A DNA stretch of 43,505 nucleotides, taken from the NCBI GenBank assembly GCA_015485715.1, contig WFTA01000003.1, positions 1-43,505 on the forward strand. The letters are read 5' to 3'. The stretch is from Patescibacteria group bacterium. GTDB taxonomy: Bacteria > Patescibacteriota > Patescibacteriia > WFTA01 > S139-112. Below the pieces are notes generated by a model. The model ran no database searches and was not told the DNA's origin. It saw nothing but the letters and a program-made list of their open reading frames with translations. Shown one piece after another: positions 17,513 to 25,819 of the stretch; the stretch's first letter is position 1, and each line of letters opens with the position of its first letter. The translations under genes and the position numbers were made by a program.

Positions 17513-18646
17513 ATGGATCACAAAAATCACAATTCAGGAGGCAGGGAAAAGGTTAAGGTATGGATGGTGGTATTTGCCTTTATTTTGTTTTCAGTGATGA
17601 TTGCAGGGGGATTTTGGCTTTTTACAACTCCCGGACAGGCTGTTAATATAACTTTTGCTTATGTGGTTGGTCTGTCGATGATAGTTTTGCCATGTACCCT
17701 GCCTCTTGCTTTTGTGATTGTTCCTTTAGCAATGAAGCAAAGCCCGAAAAAAGGCCTTATGATGGCTCTTTTGTTTGGCTTGGGACTGTCCATTACTCTG
17801 TCTTTATATGGTGTATTTATTGCATGGGTGGGAAAGATTATCGGACTTGATGCGGCTATAAGTCAGGCAGGAACTCTAAGCAGGATATTGTTTATTACAG
17901 GAGGTCTGGCTGCATTTGTATTCGGGCTTTCAGAGCTTGGGCTGATAAAATTTAAAATTCCCGGATTTTCAGGCTCCTATCCCCAGTGGATTGTAAGCAG
18001 AGGAGACTATCTAAAAGCTTTTTTTCTGGGTTTGTTTTTAGGCAATGCCGGAGTAGGATGTCCCAATCCTCTCTTCTATGTCTTGCTTGGAGACATAGCA
18101 GTTGTTGGAAGCCTTACACACGGCTGGTGGCTTGGATTTATACATGGAGTTGGAAGAGCAACTCCTCTGATATTTTTAACTATACTTGGAATTTTGGGTA
18201 TAAATGCAGTGAGTAAGGTTGCAGAAAAAGGTGTACTGGTGAAGAAAATATCAGGATGGGTTTTGATTATACTCGGTGCTTTTATATTTATAAACGGCAC
18301 CTCACATAACTGGTATGAAAACAGTGCAATTCACAGAGGATGGAATAAAATAGTCAGAACAGTGGGAGGAGAAAATATAGCAGAAAGAATGGAGCATAAA
18401 GATCCTGAAGGAATACCCAAAGAACATATTGATATGCAAGTAAGCAGTCTGGAGGATCATGATGATTCAGGAGTGCCTCCTTTACACGGCCATATAGTTA
18501 TGGAAGGACAGGGCGAAGATCATGATGCCAAAGAAGCAGATGATATTATACCTGAGCCATGGCCACCCGTTGTGCTTATTGTCCTGATTTTTGGAACATA
18601 TATATGGTACAGGATCAAAAACAAAGGACAGAAAATTGAAAAATAA
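17513..18646 (+). CDS. CcdA/DsbD-family transmembrane thiol:disulfide electron transporter with a His/Asp-rich insert and an extra C-terminal TM
   Basis: Two membrane-embedded Cys-Pro motifs are present (LPCTLPLA and GCPNPLFY). A His/acidic segment (HKDPEGIPKEHID..HDDSGVPPLHGH..DHD) precedes a final TM. Confidence 0.7.
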   Translation: MDHKNHNSGGREKVKVWMVVFAFILFSVMIAGGFWLFTTPGQAVNITFAYVVGLSMIVLPCTLPLAFVIVPLAMKQSPKKGLMMALLFGLGLSITLSLYGVFIAWVGKIIGLDAAISQAGTLSRILFITGGLAAFVFGLSELGLIKFKIPGFSGSYPQWIVSRGDYLKAFFLGLFLGNAGVGCPNPLFYVLLGDIAVVGSLTHGWWLGFIHGVGRATPLIFLTILGILGINAVSKVAEKGVLVKKISGWVLIILGAFIFINGTSHNWYENSAIHRGWNKIVRTVGGENIAERMEHKDPEGIPKEHIDMQVSSLEDHDDSGVPPLHGHIVMEGQGEDHDAKEADDIIPEPWPPVVLIVLIFGTYIWYRIKNKGQKIEK

Positions 18647-18690
18647 AGGTCGCTTTTTATCCCTGTCTTTATAATTAAAAATAGTCCATT

Positions 18691-18954
18691 ATGGTTAAAG
18701 TACAGCTTTTAACATCAATAGGATGCAGTCATTGTGCTCATGCAAAAGAGGTTCTAAAAGAAGTAAGCGAGCAATATCCTGACCTTGAAGTAGAAGAAAT
18801 AGATATTACAACAGACAAGGGTCAGGAAATGGTGTCCAAGTATATGGTAATGTCTTCTCCCGGAGTGATAATAAACGGAGAGCTTTTCTCTCAGGGAGGA
18901 CTTGAAAAAGATAAGCTCATATCTAAGCTTGAGGAACTAAAGTCACAAAATTAA
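18691..18954 (+). CDS. Small thioredoxin/glutaredoxin-like protein (Thioredoxin_3-like)
   Basis: 87 aa, with a CSHC redox motif near the N-terminus and no signal peptide. Confidence 0.75.
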   Translation: MVKVQLLTSIGCSHCAHAKEVLKEVSEQYPDLEVEEIDITTDKGQEMVSKYMVMSSPGVIINGELFSQGGLEKDKLISKLEELKSQN

Positions 18955-18983
18955 AATTTAAACAGGAAAGGAGGTGAGAGAGT

Positions 18984-19250
18984 ATGAACAATCAAAATTT
19001 CTGGCAAAAAGGCCTTCGTCTCGGGGTATTTTTTGCGATTCTATTTGTAATCTGCTTTATATGGTATTATTTGAGGGGAGGATCTGATGAAATAAAAACA
19101 CTTCACAACAGCCTGTTTGAATTGTCGTTTTTTGGCTGGTCGGGTATGAATACACCCAGTTTCATATACGGCATTATTCAGTCATTTATCTGGGGATATA
19201 TTGCTGTTGCTTTGTGGAATTTATCAGGATTGTTTATAAGTAAAAAATAG
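18984..19250 (+). CDS. Small 2-TM membrane protein (possibly DUF5676-like), paralog of 24861..25118
   Basis: A strong Shine-Dalgarno sequence (GGAAAGGAGGTGA) lies upstream. It shares the ..F.GWSG.N..SFI.G.IQ..IWG...A.. pattern with the ORF at 24861. The family name is from memory only. Confidence 0.6.
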   Translation: MNNQNFWQKGLRLGVFFAILFVICFIWYYLRGGSDEIKTLHNSLFELSFFGWSGMNTPSFIYGIIQSFIWGYIAVALWNLSGLFISKK

Positions 19251-19253
19251 TTT

Positions 19254-19640
19254 ATGTCTAATTATGGGATTTCCAAAAAGGTTAATCTAAGTTTTGAGGA
19301 GGCGGTTGAGAAAACAATTTCAGCTTTAAAGGAGAAGGGATTTGGTATTTTGACAGAGATAGATGTTAAGGCTACTCTTAAGGAAAAGCTTGGTATTGAT
19401 TATAAAAATTACAGGATATTGGGAGCATGTAATCCACCACGGGCACATAAGGCTCTGGAGAGTGAGGAAGAGATTGGATTGCTTCTGCCTTGTAATGTAA
19501 TAGTGTATGAGGGAGAAGATGGTGTGGTAGTATCTGCCATTGACCCTGTAAAAGCTTTTTCCATAGTTGATAATGAAAATCTGGCTCCTCTGGCAGAAGA
19601 AGTCAGACAAATGCTGACAGAAGTGATTGAGAGTTTGTAA
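19254..19640 (+). CDS. DUF302 domain protein
   Basis: The GFGILTEIDVKATLKEKLG..YRILGACNP pattern and 128-aa size are characteristic of DUF302. Confidence 0.8.
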   Translation: MSNYGISKKVNLSFEEAVEKTISALKEKGFGILTEIDVKATLKEKLGIDYKNYRILGACNPPRAHKALESEEEIGLLLPCNVIVYEGEDGVVVSAIDPVKAFSIVDNENLAPLAEEVRQMLTEVIESL

Positions 19641-19660
19641 TTATTATATAACTCAGATTC

Positions 19661-19689
19661 AAAAAACACAGCTTTTTGCTGTGTTTTTT
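19661..19689. terminator. Bidirectional intrinsic terminator between convergent operons
   Basis: AACACAGC-ttttt-GCTGTGTT (19665-19685) is flanked by an A-run and a T-run. Confidence 0.8.
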
Positions 19690-19748
19690 GAATTATAGTC
19701 TACCCAGCGATACATCTACAGCAGATGATTATATAATTTCAGGTTTTA

Positions 19749-21161
19749 TTATTCACTTTCATCTTCAGTATCTTTATCCTTTTCTTCTTTATTATTTTCT
19801 TTTATTTCTTTGAATTCAGTTTTCAATCTTACCTCTTCCAAAGGTATGTTATAGGTTGCGGATATATATTGGATGATTTTGTTTCTGTCAATTGTATCCA
19901 GAGAAAATTCATATTCATCTTTAGATGTTTGTATTTTTATTTCAGAATCTTTGTTTGTTATTTCAACTTCTATTTTCCTGAGATAATTTTGTGATGTGTT
20001 GTTATCAGGTGGGGATAGATAGTCTGTGGTTGATGTGGATGAAGTTGCGGGTTGTGGTGGATTTACAGGAATAAATATATTATCTTTATTTTCGTCATCA
20101 TATTTGAATGTTTTTTTATCACCTTCATCATCTTCAGATTTGATCTTTAAAATATCATTCAGATTGGAAATGTTATATTTGGATCTTATATAGTTCTTTA
20201 TTTCATCCATATCTGCAGTTTCAAGAGTAAATTCAACTTCACCTTTGTTTGTTTTAATTTCAATCTTAGATGAGTTTTGATATAGTTTGACCTCCACTTT
20301 TTTAAATACTATGTTTGTGTTTGGGGTGGTTGTAGGGGTGGAGGTTGGATTGACAGGTGCAGACTGGATGAAGCGGTTGACATCTTCAAATTCGTCATCT
20401 TCAGGTTTATATTTTTTAATTTTATTTTTGATTTTGATTTGTCCGTCTTCGCTTTCTATCTCTATTTTTTGTTTTTTATCTCCTTTAATTTCTATTTGAA
20501 ATTTATTTTTATTATCTTCTTTTTCAATCTCCATTTCAAGTCTCCCTATATTTTCCTGCCCGTTTTTCAGAGAATCAACTATGTTCTTTAAAGCTGTTGC
20601 GGCCTGTGTATTTCCTTTTTGCTCCATTTCATTTTTTACTTTTTCAATATAATTTATAGCAATTTGAATAGCCTGACTTATCTTATCATCAGAAGGCACC
20701 ACACTATCTGTTGATGTTGGAGTAGATGTTGCATTTACAGGCAGGGTCGATGTGGCAACAGGCGGGGTGGATGTGTTTTGGGTAATTGGTCCTGCATTTT
20801 TAAGTAGTATGGATATTTCTTCCACTCTTTCTAAAGCAAATTTTATTTTAAGTTTATCTTTTTTATCTTTAGGAGTTATTTTGATTTGGATATCTTCTAT
20901 AGCTCTGTCCAGAGGAAAGAGGAAATCTCCCGGCTTGGCATTATCTGCTGCTTTGACTATTCCAAACGATGAGAGTGTAATTATTAGAATCATAGTTATG
21001 ACTTGAATCATGTTTTTATGGGTTAATAATAAATAGGAAAATGGAGATGCAGGCATATCAATGTTTGCCCGAATGGATTGCCAGATGTCATCCTGTTCTT
21101 TGTTTGATAGGTTCTTGATATTTATTGACTCTAGTTTTTTTTGCAGATTGTCCTTATTCAT
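19749..21161 (-). CDS. Anti-sigma-like single-pass membrane protein with a DUF5667-type ectodomain, Thr/Pro linkers and two ~55-aa C-terminal repeats
   Basis: ATG at 21161 overlaps the sigma gene's TGA (ATGA). It has one TM. The segment DFLFPLDRAIEDIQIKI..LKIKFALERVEEI resembles DUF5667. Internal repeats are VEVKLYQNSSKIEIKTNKGEVEFTLETADMDEIKNYIRSKYNI and IEVEITNKDSEIKIQTSKDEYEFSLDTIDRNKIIQYISATYNI. Confidence 0.65.
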   Translation of the reverse strand: MNKDNLQKKLESINIKNLSNKEQDDIWQSIRANIDMPASPFSYLLLTHKNMIQVITMILIITLSSFGIVKAADNAKPGDFLFPLDRAIEDIQIKITPKDKKDKLKIKFALERVEEISILLKNAGPITQNTSTPPVATSTLPVNATSTPTSTDSVVPSDDKISQAIQIAINYIEKVKNEMEQKGNTQAATALKNIVDSLKNGQENIGRLEMEIEKEDNKNKFQIEIKGDKKQKIEIESEDGQIKIKNKIKKYKPEDDEFEDVNRFIQSAPVNPTSTPTTTPNTNIVFKKVEVKLYQNSSKIEIKTNKGEVEFTLETADMDEIKNYIRSKYNISNLNDILKIKSEDDEGDKKTFKYDDENKDNIFIPVNPPQPATSSTSTTDYLSPPDNNTSQNYLRKIEVEITNKDSEIKIQTSKDEYEFSLDTIDRNKIIQYISATYNIPLEEVRLKTEFKEIKENNKEEKDKDTEDESE

Positions 21162-21691
21162 ATTTTTCCGTTTATAAATTTCTTTAGTTTTTGAACTGCT
21201 CTGTGACACCTTACTTTGGCAGTGTTTTCAGATACTCCAAGCATCTTGCCTATTTCAGAATGACTTAAATCAGAGATAAATCTGAGCTGGATTACCGTCT
21301 GATCTTTTTCTGATAATCGGCTGATTCCTGTCAGCAGTTGATAGTAGTCTTCTTGGGAATCGGTTTCCATGATTTCAGTTATATATTTTTCATCAAATTC
21401 AATATTATGCTTTTTTGTCCTGTAGTATTGATATATTTTTCTTCTGGTAATTAGAAACACAAAACTGTAGAATTTTTTTTCAGAGACAAAGATAAAGCCG
21501 GGTAATCCTTTCCAGACATCTATAAATACCTCTTGAAGAATATCTTTGGCATCCTCCCTGTTTCCTGTCCTGCTTATTATAAAAGCAAACAATGGCTTGC
21601 TGAGATATTGATAGATTTTCTGGAAAGCCTGCTTATCTCCTTTTTTACTTTGTCTTATTAATTCTTTGTTTATCATATTGTGGATCCACAT
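21158..21691 (-). CDS. ECF-type RNA polymerase sigma-70 family factor
   Basis: It has a region 2 (DILQEVFIDVW) and a region 4 HTH (LSHSEIGKMLGVSENTAKVRCHRAVQKL). The start could instead be M6 at 21676. Confidence 0.85.
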   Translation of the reverse strand: MWIHNMINKELIRQSKKGDKQAFQKIYQYLSKPLFAFIISRTGNREDAKDILQEVFIDVWKGLPGFIFVSEKKFYSFVFLITRRKIYQYYRTKKHNIEFDEKYITEIMETDSQEDYYQLLTGISRLSEKDQTVIQLRFISDLSHSEIGKMLGVSENTAKVRCHRAVQKLKKFINGKI

Positions 21692-21786
21692 TATTTTTGA
21701 GGCCTCTATTTATATAATGTCATTGTATCATTTAAAGGTTACAAATTGAAATTTTGGCTTAAAATGCGTATAAATTTGTTCATCTC

Positions 21787-21815
21787 TTGTATATTATACG
21801 AACTTGGTGTATAAT
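21787..21815 (+). promoter_or_regulatory. Candidate copB promoter containing the 18-mer TTGTATATTATACGAACT
   Basis: TTGTAT (21787-21792), a 17-nt spacer, then TATAAT (21810-21815), about 27 nt before the ATG. The 18-mer at 21787-21804 is identical to 42480-42497. Confidence 0.5.
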
Positions 21816-21841
21816 ATTATATATAATTAATATTATAGTAT

Positions 21842-24010
21842 ATGTCACATACACATTCATGTTGCGGCAACGACCACAACCAAAACCATCACAATATACA
21901 AAAAAGCCACAAAAATAACAATAAAAAAACACAAGGTTATTATACCTGCCCTATGCACCCTGAGATAAAAAGCAAAAACGAAGGTATGTGCCCTGAATGC
22001 GGGATGAAGCTTGTGTTTGTGGAAGATAAATCACACAAAGAAGATGATTTTGATAAACATAAGGGACATAAAACAAATATATTTAAAATGAAATTTTGGG
22101 TTAGCTTGATATTAAGTATTCCGGTTGTTGCATATTCTGATATTACTCAACAGCTCTTGAGGTGGACAGCTCCACAGTTTCCTTTTTCTGATTATCTTCC
22201 TTTTATACTTTCCACTATTATATTCTTTTATGGCGGCTGGGTGTTCATACAAAGCGCATTTAGAGAGCTAAAGGCAAAGATGCCGGGCATGATGACGCTT
22301 ATTGCGATCGCTATTTCTGTTGCATATCTTTATAGTATATATGTAGTATTCTCAGGCAATGGTAGAGATCTTTTCTGGGAGCTTTCAACCCTTATTACTG
22401 TAATGCTTTTAGGTCACTGGCTTGAGATGAGGGCAGTGACAGGCGCCCAGAGTGCTCTTAAGGAGCTGACCAAACTTCTGCCTGAGAAGGCTTATGTTGA
22501 AAGAGACGGCAAAGAAATAGAGATTGATATATCAGAGCTTAAGGCAGAAGATGTGGTTATCATCAAGCCGGGATCAAGAGTGCCGGCAGACGGAGTTATT
22601 ATAGAAGGACAGTCAGAGGTAGATGAGTCTATAGTTACAGGTGAATCAAAATTGGTAGACAAGAAGAAAGGAGATGAGGTTATAGCAGGAACTATCAACA
22701 GCGACGGTCTCTTAAAGGTTAAAGTAACCAAAATAGGTGAAGATACTTTTCTAGCAAATGTTATCAGGTTGGTACAGGAGGCTCAGGCATCAAAATCAAG
22801 ACTTCAGCTTCTATCAGACAGAGCAGCGTATTATTTGACTATAGTTGCAGTGGTTGTAGGTGGTGTTACTTTAGCCGCTTGGACTGCGGCCGGAGATTTT
22901 GCTTTTGCTGTGGAGAGAGTTGTAGCAGTTTTGGTAATTGCCTGTCCGCATGCTTTGGGTCTGGCTGTACCTCTGGTAGCTTCCATATCCACCACTAAAG
23001 CAGCTCAGAGCGGATTTTTGGTCAAGCAAAGACTTGCACTGGAGGCAGCCAGAAATATAGATGTGGTGTTGTTTGATAAAACAGGAACGCTTACCAAAGG
23101 AGAATTTGGAGTATCAGAAGTTTTTGGTATTGGTGCAGAAAGTGATGATGTTTTGACACTTGCTGCATCTGTAAACAAGTATTCTGAGCATCCGCTGGCT
23201 GTAGCTATTGTAAAGGAAGCAAGGAAAAGGAATCTGGAGTTAAAAAATGTAAAAGATTTTCAGAGAATACCTGGAAAAGGGGCAAGAGCTTTATGGGAGG
23301 GAAAAGAGATAGTTGTTGGCAGTCCTAAACTACTTGAAGAAAAGGGTGCTGTGATAAGTGATACAGATAAGAAAAAGATGTCAGAATATTCATCCAAAGG
23401 ACATACAGTGGTTTATGTATTTGTTGATGATGAGCTTAAGGGGGCTATAGCTCTGGCAGATATTATAAGGGAAGAGTCCAAAGAAGCAGTAAAGAGCCTG
23501 CATCAAATGGGCATTAAAACTTCTATGATTACAGGAGATGATGAGGATGTAGCTAAATGGGTTGCAAAAGAAATAGGTTTGGATAGCTATTTTGCCAAAG
23601 TTTTGCCTGAGGACAAGGTAAATAAAGTAAAAGAGCTCCAAAGCAAAGGCTTGAAAGTGGCTATGGTTGGAGATGGTGTAAATGACGCCCCTGCTTTAAT
23701 GCAGGCAGATTTAGGTATAGCTATAGGTGCAGGGACAAATGTAGCTATAGAGTCTGCAGGGATTATTTTGGTAAAGAACGATCCCAGAGATATAGTTCGG
23801 GTTATAAAACTGTCAAGATTGACTTATTCCAAAATGATTCAAAATTTGTGGTGGGCAGCAGGATATAATATAGTTGCCATTCCTCTTGCAGCAGGTATTC
23901 TTGCGTTTAAGGGAATTTTGCTGCAGCCTGCTGTGGCAGCGGTTTTAATGTCCCTGTCAACAGTTATTGTATCATTTAATGCTGTACTGCTTAGAAATAA
24001 AAAAATATAG
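21842..24010 (+). CDS. copB: Copper-translocating P1B-type ATPase, CPH/CopB-like subgroup
   Basis: It has DKTGT, a TM6 CPH motif (VIACPHALGLAVP), GYNIVAIPLAAG, MSLSTVIVSFNA and GDGVNDAPAL. The N-terminus is His-rich (MSHTHSCCGNDHNQNHHN) and carries a YTCPMHPE..CPECGM metal-binding module. Confidence 0.92.
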   Translation: MSHTHSCCGNDHNQNHHNIQKSHKNNNKKTQGYYTCPMHPEIKSKNEGMCPECGMKLVFVEDKSHKEDDFDKHKGHKTNIFKMKFWVSLILSIPVVAYSDITQQLLRWTAPQFPFSDYLPFILSTIIFFYGGWVFIQSAFRELKAKMPGMMTLIAIAISVAYLYSIYVVFSGNGRDLFWELSTLITVMLLGHWLEMRAVTGAQSALKELTKLLPEKAYVERDGKEIEIDISELKAEDVVIIKPGSRVPADGVIIEGQSEVDESIVTGESKLVDKKKGDEVIAGTINSDGLLKVKVTKIGEDTFLANVIRLVQEAQASKSRLQLLSDRAAYYLTIVAVVVGGVTLAAWTAAGDFAFAVERVVAVLVIACPHALGLAVPLVASISTTKAAQSGFLVKQRLALEAARNIDVVLFDKTGTLTKGEFGVSEVFGIGAESDDVLTLAASVNKYSEHPLAVAIVKEARKRNLELKNVKDFQRIPGKGARALWEGKEIVVGSPKLLEEKGAVISDTDKKKMSEYSSKGHTVVYVFVDDELKGAIALADIIREESKEAVKSLHQMGIKTSMITGDDEDVAKWVAKEIGLDSYFAKVLPEDKVNKVKELQSKGLKVAMVGDGVNDAPALMQADLGIAIGAGTNVAIESAGIILVKNDPRDIVRVIKLSRLTYSKMIQNLWWAAGYNIVAIPLAAGILAFKGILLQPAVAAVLMSLSTVIVSFNAVLLRNKKI

Positions 24011-24013
24011 TGT

Positions 24014-24814
24014 ATGAACAGGAAAGTAGCTCTATATGTATACAAAATGGAAGAATACCTGAAAAAATTAAAGTATAGTCCCAGTACTATAAAGATGTAT
24101 AAATCAGTTATACTTGATTATTACAATAATTGTGCCTGCAGAAGTATATGCAGGTGTGATCCCTGCAGATGCACCAGACAAGATATTGAAAGATTTGTTA
24201 AGATTAAAAAGAGTCAGGGAAGAAGCTCAAGAACCTTGAATTTATATATAAATATTTTCAGGCTTTTCTTTGAGAAGATAGTGGGTGTTAACAATATAAA
24301 TATTCCCTATGAAAAGATCAATCCAAAGAGGAAATTAAAGACGATTACAGAAAAGCAGTTTAATGCTTTATTGAAATCAGATATTGATGATAAATACAAA
24401 ATGGCTATATTTTTGTCTTTCAGAATAGGTCTTTCTTTGTCTGAAATTGTCAACCTGAAAATATCTGATTTTAATAGAAAAAAAGAGTGCTTGTATGTAA
24501 GAGGAACCAATAGAGAAATAAAGAGAGTGGTTTATCTGCCTGATGATGTTTTGATGATTACAGGCAGGTATGTTTTGGGTCGAAGTAAAGATGAATATTT
24601 AATATCAGGCAAGTCAGGAGGAAGGATATCAGAAAGGGCAGTACAGAAGGAGTTTAAAAAAGCCTGCAGATATGCAGGAATAAACAATGTGAGTTTTTCT
24701 GCATTAAGAGATACTTTTATTTTTAACCTAAAAGCCAATGGGGTAAAGGACAGTGATTTGATGCAGATTTTGGGATTAAAAAATCCGCGCACTGTAAAAA
24801 GGTATATAATTTAA
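24014..24814 (+). CDS. Tyrosine-recombinase (XerC/D-like) fold protein with a Cys-rich insert and apparently degenerate catalytic residues
   Basis: The N-terminus resembles a core-binding domain (YSPSTIKMYKSVILDYY..), and the C-terminal layout resembles an integrase (..SALRDTF.. and ..TVKRYII). It starts 4 nt after the copB stop. The start could instead be M12 at 24047. Confidence 0.6.
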   Translation: MNRKVALYVYKMEEYLKKLKYSPSTIKMYKSVILDYYNNCACRSICRCDPCRCTRQDIERFVKIKKSQGRSSRTLNLYINIFRLFFEKIVGVNNINIPYEKINPKRKLKTITEKQFNALLKSDIDDKYKMAIFLSFRIGLSLSEIVNLKISDFNRKKECLYVRGTNREIKRVVYLPDDVLMITGRYVLGRSKDEYLISGKSGGRISERAVQKEFKKACRYAGINNVSFSALRDTFIFNLKANGVKDSDLMQILGLKNPRTVKRYII

Positions 24815-24860
24815 AGGTCGTTTTATAATAATTATTTATAATTTAAATTATCTAAAATAT

Positions 24861-25118
24861 ATGAAAATAAATATTAAAAAACTAGGCTATACACTTTCCA
24901 CGTTTTTTGTCTTGGGGTATTTTGTTGATTATGGCTGGCATTTGACTATGTCTCCTGAACAAAAGGACTTGTATCTGCAGATTTTAAAGATGTTCTATTT
25001 GGGTTTTTCCGGCTTTAATCTGGCCAGTTTTATACTTGGTCTGATTCAGATATATATCTGGGGCTGGCTAACAGCTTTGGTTTTTGGATGGTTGTGGAAC
25101 TATTTTCACAAGGATTAG
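24861..25118 (+). CDS. Small 2-TM membrane protein, paralog of 18984..19250
   Basis: The shared motif is GFSGFNLASFILGLIQIYIWGWLTALVFGW here and GWSGMNTPSFIYGIIQSFIWGYIAVALWNL in the other copy. Confidence 0.6.
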   Translation: MKINIKKLGYTLSTFFVLGYFVDYGWHLTMSPEQKDLYLQILKMFYLGFSGFNLASFILGLIQIYIWGWLTALVFGWLWNYFHKD

Positions 25119-25142
25119 GGGTTGGAAGGAAGGAAATTTGAG

Positions 25143-25174
25143 ACAGGGGACAGAAATCCCCTGTTTTGTTTTTT
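25143..25174 (+). terminator. Intrinsic terminator
   Basis: ACAGGGGA-cagaaa-TCCCCTGT (25143-25164) is followed by TTTGTTTTTT. Confidence 0.8.
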
Positions 25175-25330
25175 AAGGGTTTGGGTTGGGGTGTGATATA
25201 AAACATGGTTATTGTAGTGATAAATTTTGGGTTTAGCGAATAAAAATTTTTACTCAATAAACATAAGTATAATTTAATCCAAAGGAATTCCCCGCAGCTT
25301 GCTGCAGGATAGTTTATTTTGTATTTTGAA
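25175..25330. repeat. Possible fifth, degenerate fragment of the mosaic repeat family (region E)
   Basis: GGGTTTGGGTTGGGGTG and TTTTGGGTTTAGCGAAT resemble the heptamer arrays. AATTCCCCGCAGC..GCTGCAG resembles the B/D core (AATTCCCCAA..GCAGC). The similarity is weak and judged by eye only. Confidence 0.3.
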
Positions 25331-25405
25331 TTTACCTGATTGAGGGGTATGATATAATTTAGTAAAGGTCGTAGCAATAATTTAAGGAATAGCTAAGTAT
25401 AAATT

Positions 25406-25777
25406 ATGAATAAAAAGAGTTTGTATTTAATTATTGCATCAGTTTTGATTATAGTAATTGCTGTCATTGTGTTTAAGGGGGATAAGGCACCTGATAGTAC
25501 ACAAGAAAAAGAGGAAAAGGCTCAAGAAGCAGTATATACTATGGAAGAAGTGACAAAACACAACACTAGAGATGATTGTTGGATGGTTATAAATGGTAGT
25601 GTATACGATGTTACAAAATTTATTATTTCTCATCCGGGCGGACCAGCAATTTTACAAGGTTGTGGAAAAGATGCAACAGAGCTTTTTGAAACAAGACCTA
25701 TGGGATCAGGTACCCCACACTCTGAAAGAGCTAGAAAATTAAGGGAAAAGTATAAAATAGGAAGACTTGCTGAGTAG
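25406..25777 (+). CDS. Membrane-anchored cytochrome b5-like heme-binding domain protein
   Basis: It has an N-terminal TM and the cytochrome b5 signature (CWMVINGSVYDVTKFIISHPGG..GKDATELFE). Confidence 0.8.
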   Translation: MNKKSLYLIIASVLIIVIAVIVFKGDKAPDSTQEKEEKAQEAVYTMEEVTKHNTRDDCWMVINGSVYDVTKFIISHPGGPAILQGCGKDATELFETRPMGSGTPHSERARKLREKYKIGRLAE

Positions 25778-25793
25778 TAAAATAAATATACCC

Positions 25794-25817
25794 AAAACCC
25801 GCTTTCAGGCGGGTTTT
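25794..25817. terminator. Bidirectional intrinsic terminator between convergent genes
   Basis: AAAACCCGC-tttcag-GCGGGTTTT is followed by a T-rich tract on both strands. Confidence 0.8.
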
Positions 25818-25819
25818 AT

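Noticed and set aside
25030-25377. A minus-strand 115-aa ORF spanning the terminator and the degenerate repeat region
   Set aside because: It overlaps the 3' end of a supported plus-strand gene and an intrinsic terminator. The product is compositionally odd, with no start signal.
24815-25405. A tRNA gene or att site next to the integrase-like gene
   Set aside because: I found no cloverleaf-compatible sequence or T-loop (GGTTCRANYC) on either strand. TTCGAA strings elsewhere (for example at 4005) are part of heptamer arrays, not tRNAs.
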